A DNA stretch of 64,000 nt from Candidatus Woesearchaeota archaeon (GCA_964366415.1 CAYITG010000001.1:583663-647662), one strand, 5' to 3'. Shown: positions 18,134-28,001, counted from the first letter of the stretch. Notes: generated from the letters alone by a model not told the origin. Numbers and translations are program-made.

Positions 18134-19366
18134 ATGAGCTTTTTAGGTGACTTTCATATTCATGGATGCTATGCGCAGGCATGCAGCAAGAATACGACGA
18201 TAGAGAGATTAGAGGAAAATGCTAGAACCAAGGGATTGCATATCCTTGGCACTGGTGATTGCCTACATCCAAAGTGGTATCAGCATCTTACTTCTACGTT
18301 GACTGAAGATGAGCATGGAATCTTGCGTACGAAAACTAATTTTCCCTTTTTATGGCAGACTGAAGTTTCTTTGATGTATACTCATGGAGGAAAAGGAAGG
18401 AGAGTTCATCATGTTCTTTTGTTTCCAAATAAAGAAGCCGTTGAGCAAGCCAGAGATGTGATCTTGAAACGATGGCGCTTAGATTATGATGGGAGACCGA
18501 TCTTTGGTTGCAGCAGCATTGAATTTTTAGATTTAATGAGATCTGTTTCACCTAATATCGAGATGATACCTGCGCATGCATGGACGGCATTTTTCTCAAT
18601 ATTTGGTTCGAAATCAGGCTATAATTCAATTCAAGAATGTTTTGAAGAACGGGCACAGTATATTCATGCGATTGAAACTGGAATGAGCAGCGATCCTGCC
18701 ATGAACAGACGATTATCGCAACTCGATAACATTAACTTAGTTTCTTTCTCTGATCCTCATACGTATTTTCCTTGGAGATTGGGACGAGAAGCTACACGCT
18801 TTGATTGTGACTTAACATATAAAGGTATTTTACATGCTCTTAGAACTGGAGAAGGATTGAAAGGAACAATTGAGACACCACCCGTCTATGGAAAATATCA
18901 TATTGACGGGCATCGTGCTTGTGATGTGCATTTTGAATATGAAGAAACAAAACAGCATAGAGGAATATGTCCGAAATGCAAGCATGATTTAACTTTAGGA
19001 GTTGCCTATCGCGTTGAAGAGCTTGCTGATCGAAAAGAACCTCAGAATGTTCCGTCTTTTGTCAGTGTTGTTCCTTTACATGAACTGATTGCTGCTGTCT
19101 ATGACATAAAACAATTAGCATCGAAGAAAGTGTGGGAAATTTATCGTACTTTGATTAAAACATTCGGCAATGAATTTACTGTTTTGCTTGATGCTTCTGA
19201 AGATGCACTTGCTAAGGTTGTTGATCCTAAACTTGCTCGCGTTATTCTTTTGAACAGAGAACAAAAATTACCTATTGAGCCAGGTTACGACGGAGTGTAT
19301 GGGAAGGTTGTTTTGAATAACCAACAGATTCTTGCTAAACAGAAATCACTAGGAGAGTACACATAA
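18134..19366 (+). CDS. endoQ: endonuclease Q family protein (PHP domain plus Zn finger)
   Basis: DFHIH, GTGD, IPAHAWT, ETGMSSD, SDPH, LGRE, GKYH.DGH, CPKC, PGYDGVYG. Confidence 0.9.
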   Translation: MSFLGDFHIHGCYAQACSKNTTIERLEENARTKGLHILGTGDCLHPKWYQHLTSTLTEDEHGILRTKTNFPFLWQTEVSLMYTHGGKGRRVHHVLLFPNKEAVEQARDVILKRWRLDYDGRPIFGCSSIEFLDLMRSVSPNIEMIPAHAWTAFFSIFGSKSGYNSIQECFEERAQYIHAIETGMSSDPAMNRRLSQLDNINLVSFSDPHTYFPWRLGREATRFDCDLTYKGILHALRTGEGLKGTIETPPVYGKYHIDGHRACDVHFEYEETKQHRGICPKCKHDLTLGVAYRVEELADRKEPQNVPSFVSVVPLHELIAAVYDIKQLASKKVWEIYRTLIKTFGNEFTVLLDASEDALAKVVDPKLARVILLNREQKLPIEPGYDGVYGKVVLNNQQILAKQKSLGEYT

Positions 19367-19396
19367 TTTTAAATATCTCTTCACTTTCTTTTTTTC

Positions 19397-19621
19397 ATGG
19401 ATGCTCCTTTTCGAGGACCACATGGGTGGGATGAAGACTTAACAGAAGGACAAAGAATTTTACGCCGTGATTTGGAGAATCGACTTTCTGAACTTTCTCG
19501 ATCTGGGCAACTTCTTACTCAATCTTACTCTGATTATTTAGAATCTTTACGTTTTGCATCAGGAATATCTTATCCAGAGTATAGAAGAGACTTAGATCGT
19601 CACCATATACAAATGGATTAA
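19397..19621 (+). CDS. hypothetical protein
   Basis: 74-aa ORF with TATA-like TTTAAATA about 20 nt upstream. Confidence 0.5.
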   Translation: MDAPFRGPHGWDEDLTEGQRILRRDLENRLSELSRSGQLLTQSYSDYLESLRFASGISYPEYRRDLDRHHIQMD

Positions 19622-19688
19622 TTCTATTACTATGAGGATTTACCGAAACCTTTTTATATTAATCATTATCTCTAAGTGGTAACAATAT

Positions 19689-19976
19689 ATGGAGTATAAA
19701 ATGGGAATTGAAACAAAAGTTATATCTGACCAAACAAAAGGTGTTTTATGGATCTTTGGCTTGACAACTCCTGCATTTATTTTAGTAAGTTATGTAAGCG
19801 GACTTGAAATTGGTATCAATAGAGGTACTGAAACAGAACGACAACGAGTTTTGGATGCAATATATCAACGAAGAAATAATTATAGTGAACTTGAAAGACA
19901 GAATCCTACACTTTTAGAATTAGAAAATCTGAAGAGATATATTACTTCCGGAGAAACTAAAGGAGAAAAACAATGA
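19689..19976 (+). CDS. hypothetical single-TM protein
   Basis: One hydrophobic segment; first gene of a coupled four-gene run. Confidence 0.55.
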   Translation: MEYKMGIETKVISDQTKGVLWIFGLTTPAFILVSYVSGLEIGINRGTETERQRVLDAIYQRRNNYSELERQNPTLLELENLKRYITSGETKGEKQ

Positions 19977-20590
19977 AAATCTTATCATTCCTTTTAGGAT
20001 TATTTTTTGCATTTGCTACTTTTACTAGCGTCGTTGATGCTTATGGATCTTATGGCTACAATACTTTACCACGTTATGGCTACCAGGAAAGCACAGACTA
20101 CTTTGGCAATTACAACGTGAATAGCTTTACAGGAAAAACTGATTTCTTTTCTCAGAATACAGGAACTCAATCTCGCAACTTTATGGAACAATATTTTGGT
20201 TCTGGTGCTTTAGGGTATAATCAAAACACTTTCCAGAATTACAATCAGAATTCGAATGTTGATGCTTCTAATGGCTATGACTTTACGAAAGGGCCTTGTG
20301 CTACTGAAAAGATTCGTGGCAATTTTAGAGGAAAAGACAATGACTTTACCATTACCCGAGAAGTTTGTGACAATATTGAAGGAAACTTCTATAAAACAGA
20401 TAGTTACAATCAGAATTATGGTGCAAGTGGTTCACAGAACACTCTTGCTTTTGATAATCAAGTGTATAACAACCAGTATACTAATGAATACGCTTTAGAC
20501 AATGATTTTACCAATAGGCAAGCTTCATCTAGTACACAAAACATTTATAGTACAAGCTTTGGTAAAGGAACACGTATTGTGTTGAATTAA
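19973..20590 (+). CDS. secreted Asn/Gln/Tyr/Ser/Gly-rich protein
   Basis: Sec signal peptide (VDA/Y), AGGAG SD, low-complexity polar body with one Cys pair. Confidence 0.7.
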   Translation: MKILSFLLGLFFAFATFTSVVDAYGSYGYNTLPRYGYQESTDYFGNYNVNSFTGKTDFFSQNTGTQSRNFMEQYFGSGALGYNQNTFQNYNQNSNVDASNGYDFTKGPCATEKIRGNFRGKDNDFTITREVCDNIEGNFYKTDSYNQNYGASGSQNTLAFDNQVYNNQYTNEYALDNDFTNRQASSSTQNIYSTSFGKGTRIVLN

Positions 20591-20604
20591 TTGGAGAATG
20601 GCGA

Positions 20605-20901
20605 ATGAATCTTGCTACTAAAATTTGTGTCGGCGTAACTCTTAGTTTAGGCTTTGGGATATCTCTTTATTCATATGGACTTTATATAAAAGACAGACCG
20701 ACGCAGGTAGAATCTGCTGAACCGAAATATTTCTTTGAAAGTATGGGGGAAATCAAGTTAGAGAACATGATGAATGGTGAGAGAACAATCGACATCGAAT
20801 GTGCCGATATGGATGGCGATGGTGATTTAGACCTTATTGTATCTGACGGTTATCATCCAATTCACATTTATGAAAATAGAATTCCCCAGAAGGAGAAATG
20901 A
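20605..20901 (+). CDS. membrane-anchored protein with a single FG-GAP/VCBS-like Ca-binding motif
   Basis: N-terminal TM; ADMDGDGDLDLIV...IYEN. Confidence 0.7.
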   Translation: MNLATKICVGVTLSLGFGISLYSYGLYIKDRPTQVESAEPKYFFESMGEIKLENMMNGERTIDIECADMDGDGDLDLIVSDGYHPIHIYENRIPQKEK

Positions 20902-20904
20902 ACT

Positions 20905-21165
20905 ATGAGCACTAAGAAAAAATTGACGTTAGAAGGCGTCATGATTATGACAGCTTTGGCAACTCCCCTCATTCCTTTTGGATTGTTTCTTGCTCCTCTT
21001 GCTCGTTTCGAATACAAATATCATCGTGCCGAGAGTGAAGGAAATAAACTAGTCATGGAAGAGGCTTTGCAGCAATTTCAACATGCCTATGATTACCTTC
21101 TTTCTCCCTCAGAAACTACAAATAGATATGAACCTTTGAGAAAGATAATTAATCAAAAACAATAA
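20905..21165 (+). CDS. hypothetical single-TM protein
   Basis: AGGAG upstream, hydrophobic N-terminus. Confidence 0.55.
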   Translation: MSTKKKLTLEGVMIMTALATPLIPFGLFLAPLARFEYKYHRAESEGNKLVMEEALQQFQHAYDYLLSPSETTNRYEPLRKIINQKQ

Positions 21166-21167
21166 CT

Positions 21168-21971
21168 CTATCCAATATAATCTGTATCATCTTCTTCTGA
21201 AGGAGAGAGAGGAGGAAATGATGCTGATTTTTTCTTTGTTGCTTTATCGATATCTGCAATTTGTGCAGTTCTTTTTGTTATTTCTTTTTCAATCTCATTT
21301 ACTTCTTCATCTAATTCAGATAATTCAAGATTTAACTTCAATTGTTCTTTTAACACCTTTAATATATTACGAGCACCTTTGATACCCAGGTAATTAGGAT
21401 GCCCAAATGTTTCTGCCAATAATGTAATGGCTGGAATGTTTTTTCTTCCTGCTAATCCTGTTAACAATCCTGAGACACCTACAATAGGACCGACAACGCC
21501 ATGAATATTGGTGTTGACTAAGTGTGATTTGTACTTGTTTACTATTTTCTTTGAGTTCCCTGTGCAGTAAATCTTTGGATTCTTTGGCACGCGCGGCAAA
21601 GCAATGCCTCCCAATGTTATGATTTCAGCTCCTTTGCCTTTTTGAACGGTATCAAGGATGGTGTTACAAAAATCAAAACAGGAACTTTCTGAAATAGGCT
21701 GGATATCTCCTGCTAAGAACAATAATGTTCGATCTTTTACTCTTTTATAATAAATGTTGATCTTTGGGAGTTCGACGAGATTATCTTCGTTGATGAAGAC
21801 GCAATGAGGCAATTCATCTGAAGACAATTCATATAACTTCTCTGCTTTGTAGGCATCTATGAGATAATCTACGGCAATTTTTCCCACATTTCCCATGCCT
21901 GGAAGTCCCTCTATGAGAACGGGGTTCTTAATTTGAGCTTTAGCTAGTTGCTTAACTTTCCATGAAGACAT
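21168..21971 (-). CDS. PAC2 family proteasome assembly chaperone
   Basis: IEGLPGMGNVGKIA, GDIQP, ITLGG, C-terminal YIG; located after nop10. Confidence 0.9.
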   Translation of the reverse strand: MSSWKVKQLAKAQIKNPVLIEGLPGMGNVGKIAVDYLIDAYKAEKLYELSSDELPHCVFINEDNLVELPKINIYYKRVKDRTLLFLAGDIQPISESSCFDFCNTILDTVQKGKGAEIITLGGIALPRVPKNPKIYCTGNSKKIVNKYKSHLVNTNIHGVVGPIVGVSGLLTGLAGRKNIPAITLLAETFGHPNYLGIKGARNILKVLKEQLKLNLELSELDEEVNEIEKEITKRTAQIADIDKATKKKSASFPPLSPSEEDDTDYIG

Positions 21972-21996
21972 AGATTACTCCTTTAGCCTTATTTCT

Positions 21997-22158
21997 TTAT
22001 AAAGATTGTTGTTTGGCCATGCGCCTATATGACCCGTATTTATCTTCTGGCGAGTATTTTGCTGGTTTGTTGGATAGCGCTTTTTCATGACATGACATAC
22101 ATTCTTTTTGTAGCGTGAATTTGTCACACTTTTTGCAATAGAGAATTTCAACCTTCAT
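21997..22158 (-). CDS. nop10: H/ACA RNP protein Nop10
   Basis: Manual translation (53 aa): CKKC..FTL...CMSC...PAKYSPEDKYGSYRR. Confidence 0.92.
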   Translation of the reverse strand: MKVEILYCKKCDKFTLQKECMSCHEKALSNKPAKYSPEDKYGSYRRMAKQQSL

Positions 22159-22949
22159 TTTTCTTTCAACACTTCAAGAGATCCATTGGATTTTTGCATA
22201 TGTGTCGTTAATACTTGGATGAAATCACTAAGATCTGCTTCGGCTTTCTTGAAATCCGTTGAGACAATGCTTAAACGATAGCGTGGACTTCCCAAATAGA
22301 GTGCAGTAATAATGTACTTCTTTTCTTTTGCATGCTCGATTGCTTTTTGGAATGATGTTTTAATGGCGGTAATGCCTTCCGGGTTGCTATTCTTTACTGC
22401 AATGATCTTTGCAATATGCACTTCTGGCGCTTTAATACGCTGTTTTATGATTTCAGTTAATTTCGAAGCAACTGCTTTTTCTATACCCAGTTTTGTTAAG
22501 ACATTTTCGCCTTGTTCTGATACTTCTTGGAAACAGGCATTTAAGGAACCGTATTCTTTGATGATGGCTGGACTGACTCTTTTGTAGAGATCTTCCAATG
22601 TTGTCTTCATTGTTTTGGCAATGTATTCCAACATCTTCTCTGATTTTTGTTCCAACATGAATTCTTCGTTCTTTTTCAAACGCATCATCATATTGACGCG
22701 TCGCAGAGAAAGTTCGATGTTGCTGTGGACTTGATTGATACGCAAAACTTTACAGACTATTTTTTTGCCTTCTCGCACATACTCTCGGATGGTTCTAATT
22801 CTTCCAGGAGCAATTTCAGAAATATGAATAATTCCTTCTTTATTTTCGTATTCGTCTAAATCTACAAAGACTGAGTTATTGAGAATTTTTTTGACGGTAC
22901 ACAGAACAATTTCGCTGGGCTCTGGAAAGCCCTGTTTTTTATACAGCAT
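22155..22949 (-). CDS. eif2a: translation initiation factor 2 alpha subunit
   Basis: S1 domain LDEY..KEGIIHISEIA, KVLR, IELSLRRV, GSPRYR. Confidence 0.95.
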   Translation of the reverse strand: MLYKKQGFPEPSEIVLCTVKKILNNSVFVDLDEYENKEGIIHISEIAPGRIRTIREYVREGKKIVCKVLRINQVHSNIELSLRRVNMMMRLKKNEEFMLEQKSEKMLEYIAKTMKTTLEDLYKRVSPAIIKEYGSLNACFQEVSEQGENVLTKLGIEKAVASKLTEIIKQRIKAPEVHIAKIIAVKNSNPEGITAIKTSFQKAIEHAKEKKYIITALYLGSPRYRLSIVSTDFKKAEADLSDFIQVLTTHMQKSNGSLEVLKEK

Positions 22950-22951
22950 CT

Positions 22952-23134
22952 TTAGGTAAGCACTTCTAGGATGCGTGCTTTGACCTTTCCTTTGCCGCCT
23001 GCTGGCTCTGCAATCACTTTGCTGCAGACTAAACAATTAATCACTGTTGCAGGTTTTCCAAATATAACCTGCTCGTTCTTGCATTTCGAACAGCGGACTT
23101 TAATAAATTTTGAGGATAATTCTTTGAATGCCAT
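22952..23134 (-). CDS. rps27e: 30S ribosomal protein S27e
   Basis: SKFIKVRCSKCKNEQVIF...CLVC...PAGGK. Confidence 0.95.
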   Translation of the reverse strand: MAFKELSSKFIKVRCSKCKNEQVIFGKPATVINCLVCSKVIAEPAGGKGKVKARILEVLT

Positions 23135-23230
23135 ATTTTTTATTTCTTTTTAGAGGCTATATAAACCTACCTGTTGAGTAGTGGTAGATGGCAGTAAAGT
23201 TTAAATAGTTCTGGATGAGCATTAGTTTTT

Positions 23231-23458
23231 ATGGCTATGGTCAAAATACAGACCCAACAAGAGACATTATCTCATCGTATGACGCGATGGCTTGCTGTTG
23301 CTCTTGGTTTGATGACGGCTGTTATTGTTTTCTTAAGCCATGATAATCCTTCTATTACAGGAGGGGCTGTTTTCCAGAATGTGTATGGGAGCGCAAGTCC
23401 TTTTGTGATTTTGTTTGTTTTGATTGTTGTTATTTACTTATATCATAAATTACGTTAA
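23231..23458 (+). CDS. small two-TM protein with SITGGAV motif
   Basis: TM, SITGGAV, TM; TATA TTTAAATA upstream. Confidence 0.65.
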   Translation: MAMVKIQTQQETLSHRMTRWLAVALGLMTAVIVFLSHDNPSITGGAVFQNVYGSASPFVILFVLIVVIYLYHKLR

Positions 23459-23489
23459 TTTAATATAACTCTTTTTCTTGACCTTTGTT

Positions 23490-24248
23490 ATGAAGAATCC
23501 TAATGACGCTACTGCAGAGGTTTTTGATGCTGTGTATCGATCTTTTCATAATGAACCTTATTATCTAAGGGAATTGAAATTTATACAATCTTTCTTTAAA
23601 CCACAAGCGAAGCTCTTGGATCTTGGATGTGGGACTGGGAGACATCTTGTTCCTTTAGCACGTGCCGGTTATCAGATGACTGGGGCAGATAGCTCTATTA
23701 AAATGCTTGAAATCCTTCGTTCTAAACTTAAAGAAAATCATTTACAAGCAGATGTTGTTGAATCTGATGCTGCTTCGCTTCCATCCTTTACGCAGTCTTT
23801 TGATGGTGTGATCTGTTTTTGGAATTCTTTTTGCGAAATGGCAACAACACAGGAACGAGCATTGAAGATATTTGAGTCTGTTTATCAATCTTTAAAGAAA
23901 GGGGGCATTTTCATTCTTGAACAGAGCAATCCAGAAACTTTTAATCCATCCATCATCGAATATCACTCTCGTTTTGAAGATCATGGGAAATCATATGAGA
24001 CTTTCTTTCATGTTCTATCGTATTCACCTGAAACCCATACGTCTGTCTCTGATGAAAAGATTCTTGTTCGAGAAAAGAACAAACCAATTAAAACGTTACA
24101 AACAACCATTACACAACGTTGGTGGAGAGAGAAAGACTTGCGTGCACTATGTGCACAGGCAGGTTTTACAAAGATCGCATTTTATGGTGGAGACTTTACT
24201 CCTTTTCAAAAACCCACAGACAAATTGATTTTAGTTGCGAAGAAATGA
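23490..24248 (+). CDS. class I SAM-dependent methyltransferase
   Basis: LLDLGCGTGRH, GADSS..ML, LKKGGIFIL. Confidence 0.9.
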   Translation: MKNPNDATAEVFDAVYRSFHNEPYYLRELKFIQSFFKPQAKLLDLGCGTGRHLVPLARAGYQMTGADSSIKMLEILRSKLKENHLQADVVESDAASLPSFTQSFDGVICFWNSFCEMATTQERALKIFESVYQSLKKGGIFILEQSNPETFNPSIIEYHSRFEDHGKSYETFFHVLSYSPETHTSVSDEKILVREKNKPIKTLQTTITQRWWREKDLRALCAQAGFTKIAFYGGDFTPFQKPTDKLILVAKK

Positions 24249-24249
24249 T

Positions 24250-24555
24250 TTATACTAATTCCAATTTACGCGCTCGTCTGCCGTAGTTTTGCACTGCTGT
24301 TTTGTTACAGACTGAACACTTGAAACGAAGATCTGCTTTCTTGGATGTTTTTTTACCAGTCATCTTTGGCTTTGTTGGCTTTGATCCCCAACGCCCAAGA
24401 TTTCCATATCCAACACCACGTCCACGCTTGTTAGCACGCGCGATAGAACCGTGTTTTAATGGGCCACGATCACGCTTCTTTGCAATACTAATGACTTGCT
24501 CTGTATGTTTCTTACAAAATGGACAATAACGTCGTGTTTTTTTATTTCGTTTCAC
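24250..24555 (-). CDS. rpl44e: 50S ribosomal protein L44e
   Basis: RRYCPFCKKHT...KTSKKADLRFKCSVC; GTG start inferred. Confidence 0.92.
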   Translation of the reverse strand: MKRNKKTRRYCPFCKKHTEQVISIAKKRDRGPLKHGSIARANKRGRGVGYGNLGRWGSKPTKPKMTGKKTSKKADLRFKCSVCNKTAVQNYGRRARKLELV

Positions 24556-25162
24556 TGTGGATTTCCTCTGCTCTATTTTTTTGAATGAGCGTAGATGCCA
24601 CTTTTTCAGGAAGATGGCACATATCCTCTTTTTCAAACGGTCCGTATACTTGCAAATCCGGCGTCACAAACTGTGGCGTTGGTTGAATAAAACGGATTAA
24701 CTTATTGGGAGAGGCCTTTTCCTCGGTTTTTATAGTTTTTGGTGGCTCTTGTTCTTTAATGACAGGATGCTGAATATTTAGCACATTATCAAGGATTTCT
24801 TTCCTATACTTGTCTAAGACGTTGAAGACGTCGTTGTAGAGCTTGTGTTCTTCTGGCAGGAGTTGGCAGTCTTCCTTTGTTCCTGAGCGTGAAGCTAATA
24901 ATGCGAATTGAATGATCTTATTTTCTCGTCGTTCGTATAATTCTTTGATTAATTTTTTTGCATTTTCGACTTGTTTTCTTGTGTTGGTTATTTCTCGTGA
25001 AAATGCAGAGTCTTTAGGAGACTGCGTGATTAACCGTTCCTTCTCTTCTAGATACTTTATGATGTTGATGAAGAAGTCTTTATCCATTTCTTGGATATTC
25101 TGGTTGTATTTTTCCTTTCTCAAGAGTTCGTAAAGCGTTTCGTACGTAATCACGTCAGTCAT
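24542..25162 (-). CDS. GINS complex subunit (Gins51-like)
   Basis: YELLRKEK, LYERRENKII, LLPEE, YGPFEKED B-domain; upstream of rpl44e. Confidence 0.85.
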   Translation of the reverse strand: MTDVITYETLYELLRKEKYNQNIQEMDKDFFINIIKYLEEKERLITQSPKDSAFSREITNTRKQVENAKKLIKELYERRENKIIQFALLASRSGTKEDCQLLPEEHKLYNDVFNVLDKYRKEILDNVLNIQHPVIKEQEPPKTIKTEEKASPNKLIRFIQPTPQFVTPDLQVYGPFEKEDMCHLPEKVASTLIQKNRAEEIHSETK

Positions 25163-25235
25163 AGAGGACTCCCCCGTTATGAACATGACAGCAAGTCTTT
25201 TAAGGATTTTGTAGCTACTTGATATAGGTTGAGGT

Positions 25236-26165
25236 ATGGCTTTTTTTAAAGAGAGACCTGAGGATTTTAAGGTACGGGAAGTTATGGATTTACCTTTAGA
25301 GAAGAGTGGGAACTATATGTACTATCTTTTTATGAAGAAAGAATGGAGCAGTTTTGAAGCTTTTCAGGAAATTGCACGCAAAATTGGGATCAAACCTCGA
25401 TTGATTGGCTATGGGGGATTAAAAGACAAGCATGCGGTGACGTACCAATATATTTCATTACCTTCTGATGCAGGAGAACGGTTGCGTACTATTAAAATTA
25501 AAGATATGTCTTTTGAATCTTTAGGCTATGGGAAGGAAAGAATTACTTTAGGTGCATTGAAGGGCAATGCTTTTCACATTGTTGTTCGTGATCTTGATAA
25601 GAAAACTTCGTTGAAGATTGATACTGTGTGTAATTATTTTGATACTCAACGCTTTGGAAACAAAACGATTGCGATTGGACGTGCCATGATTCAACATGAC
25701 TTTGTGCGTGTGTGCAAACTTCTTGGTATTGATGATGGTGGAGATCCTTTGCGTGCTATCAGGCGATTGGAAAGAAGACCTTTGCGCTTTTATGTGAGCT
25801 CGTATCAAAGCTGGATGTGGAATAATGTTGTTGAACAGTTATCTGATGATGTGAAAAGTGTTCCACTCTTAGGGTATTTGACTGAGTTTACTGACAAACG
25901 AATTGAGAAATTGTATCTAGTTTTAATGAAGAAAGAGAAGATTACTTTGGAGAACTTTTTACTTAAACCTATACCAGAATTAAGCAGCGAAGGTGGAGAG
26001 AGAAACATTTTTTTTACTGTCAAGGGCTTTACTTCAGAATGGGCGTGGGATGAATTACATCCTAAAAAGCATAAATGCATTTTGACCTTTATTTTGCCTA
26101 AAGGCTGCTATGCAACGCTTGTCGTTAAACAGCTTTTTCCGGGCGTTAAGGACAAATCTTTATAA
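25236..26165 (+). CDS. truD: tRNA pseudouridine(13) synthase TruD
   Basis: PEDFKVRE, GLKDKHAVTYQ, GNAF, NYFDTQRFG, LPKGCYAT. Confidence 0.93.
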   Translation: MAFFKERPEDFKVREVMDLPLEKSGNYMYYLFMKKEWSSFEAFQEIARKIGIKPRLIGYGGLKDKHAVTYQYISLPSDAGERLRTIKIKDMSFESLGYGKERITLGALKGNAFHIVVRDLDKKTSLKIDTVCNYFDTQRFGNKTIAIGRAMIQHDFVRVCKLLGIDDGGDPLRAIRRLERRPLRFYVSSYQSWMWNNVVEQLSDDVKSVPLLGYLTEFTDKRIEKLYLVLMKKEKITLENFLLKPIPELSSEGGERNIFFTVKGFTSEWAWDELHPKKHKCILTFILPKGCYATLVVKQLFPGVKDKSL

Positions 26166-26187
26166 ATTCTCATCAGTGAGTATTCTT

Positions 26188-27423
26188 ATGTTTTCGTTTT
26201 TAAAAGACAAAATCAAGGGAGCACTTGAAAAGATTAGCAAAAAGATAGAACAAACTCCAGCACCTGAAGAAAAGGAAACAAAGGTAGACATTAAGGAACA
26301 GAAAGAACCGAAAGTTAAGCCGAAGGATGGCAAGAAAAACAAAGAGAAGAAAACAGCAATTAAAGAAAAGATCGTTGAATCTGTTAAACCTGAAGAAAAA
26401 ACAGAACCTGTTGCTGTTGCAGAAGAGAAATCTGAAATTGTTGAAGAAAAGAAAGGATTTTTTTCACAATTTTTTAAGAAAAAAGAAGAAGTACATGAAG
26501 GGGAGAAAATACAAGAGAAAACTGAAGAATCTGTACCAGAAAAGAAAGGCATTTTTTCTCGCATTACTGAAAAGATTGTTACCACTCACATTTCTTCTCA
26601 AGAATTTGATTCGCTCTTTGAAGAATTGGAAATGGCCTTGTTGGAAAACAATGTTGCTGTATCTGTCATTGACAAGATTAAAAATGATCTGAAAAAAGAT
26701 CTTGTTGACAAGCCTATTAAACGCAGGAAAGTTCTTGATACGTTGAAAACAAGTTTGCATGACAGCATTGCACAGGTTCTTTCTGTGGGTAAGATTGATT
26801 TATTACAAAGAATCAAAGAAACTAAAGAACGACCTTTCGTCATTGCCTTTATTGGTGTCAATGGATCGGGGAAAACTACGAGCATTGCTAAAATTGCTCA
26901 TTTGCTCAAACAAAATAAACTCAGTTGTTTGATGGCAGCTGGAGATACCTGGAGAGCTGCTTCTATCCAGCAATTGGAAGAACATGGCAAGAATCTTGGT
27001 ATTAAAGTGATCAAACAAGGTTATGGATCTGATCCTGCAGCTGTTGCCTTCGATGGCATTAAAAGCGCACAAGCGAATAAAATTGATGTTGTGCTGATTG
27101 ATACTGCTGGACGACAGCAAAGCAACAAAAATCTTATGGAAGAAATGAAAAAAATTATTCGTGTTGCCAAACCGCATCTTAAAATTTTCATCGCAGAATC
27201 AATTGTAGGAAATGATGCTGTTACTCAAGGCAAAGAATTCAATGATGCTGTTGGCATTGATGGCATTATTCTTACTAAGAGTGATATCGATGAAAAAGGT
27301 GGAGCTGCGCTTTCTATCACTTCAGTCACTGGAAAACCTATTCTATTTTTAGGAACAGGACAAGACTATGGAGATATCACTGTCTTTAATCCAGAAACAT
27401 TCCTGAAGAGTGTAGGATTATGA
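26188..27423 (+). CDS. ftsY: SRP receptor FtsY
   Basis: GVNGSGKTT, DTWRAA, DTAGR, TKSD, GTGQ; charged N-terminal region. Confidence 0.96.
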   Translation: MFSFLKDKIKGALEKISKKIEQTPAPEEKETKVDIKEQKEPKVKPKDGKKNKEKKTAIKEKIVESVKPEEKTEPVAVAEEKSEIVEEKKGFFSQFFKKKEEVHEGEKIQEKTEESVPEKKGIFSRITEKIVTTHISSQEFDSLFEELEMALLENNVAVSVIDKIKNDLKKDLVDKPIKRRKVLDTLKTSLHDSIAQVLSVGKIDLLQRIKETKERPFVIAFIGVNGSGKTTSIAKIAHLLKQNKLSCLMAAGDTWRAASIQQLEEHGKNLGIKVIKQGYGSDPAAVAFDGIKSAQANKIDVVLIDTAGRQQSNKNLMEEMKKIIRVAKPHLKIFIAESIVGNDAVTQGKEFNDAVGIDGIILTKSDIDEKGGAALSITSVTGKPILFLGTGQDYGDITVFNPETFLKSVGL

Positions 27424-28001
27424 AATTCTCTTCCTATGAACAATACGAATTATTGAAAGCTTGGAGTGCGGTGAGTTTAGCGTTTGCTATTTTATTGAGT
27501 GATGGACTTTCTGGTTTATTTACCTTTCATTTCCTTCTCATGATTGTTGTTGCTGCGATTACTGTGGGCATTGGCTTTTTGTTGCATGAACTTGCACATA
27601 AATATCTTGCACAACAATATGGATGCTGGGCTGAATTTCGTAGTGATGGAAAAATGTTGTTATTTATGATTGCACTCAGTTTTTTTGGTTTTATCTTTGC
27701 TGCTCCTGGAGCCGTTGTGATTCATGGCACGGTTGATCGTGTACGCCATGGAAGAATAAGTCTTGCTGGGCCGGCAACAAACATTGTTTTGGCAATTCTT
27801 TTCTGGTTTTTGAGTTTTATCCTTCCAGAGGCACTTGCCCTCTTTTCTTCTTATGGTTTTATGATTAATTCTTGGCTTGGACTCTTTAACATGCTTCCCT
27901 TCTGGCAATTCGATGGGGCAAAAGTTTTTGCATGGAACAAAATTGTTTTTAGTTTTGTGATAGGCATTGCCGCACTGCTTACTTTTGCGAGTGGATTTTG
28001 A
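27420..28001 (+). CDS. site-2 protease family (M50) metalloprotease
   Basis: HELAH, AGPATN, FNMLP..FDG. Confidence 0.9.
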   Translation: MKFSSYEQYELLKAWSAVSLAFAILLSDGLSGLFTFHFLLMIVVAAITVGIGFLLHELAHKYLAQQYGCWAEFRSDGKMLLFMIALSFFGFIFAAPGAVVIHGTVDRVRHGRISLAGPATNIVLAILFWFLSFILPEALALFSSYGFMINSWLGLFNMLPFWQFDGAKVFAWNKIVFSFVIGIAALLTFASGF

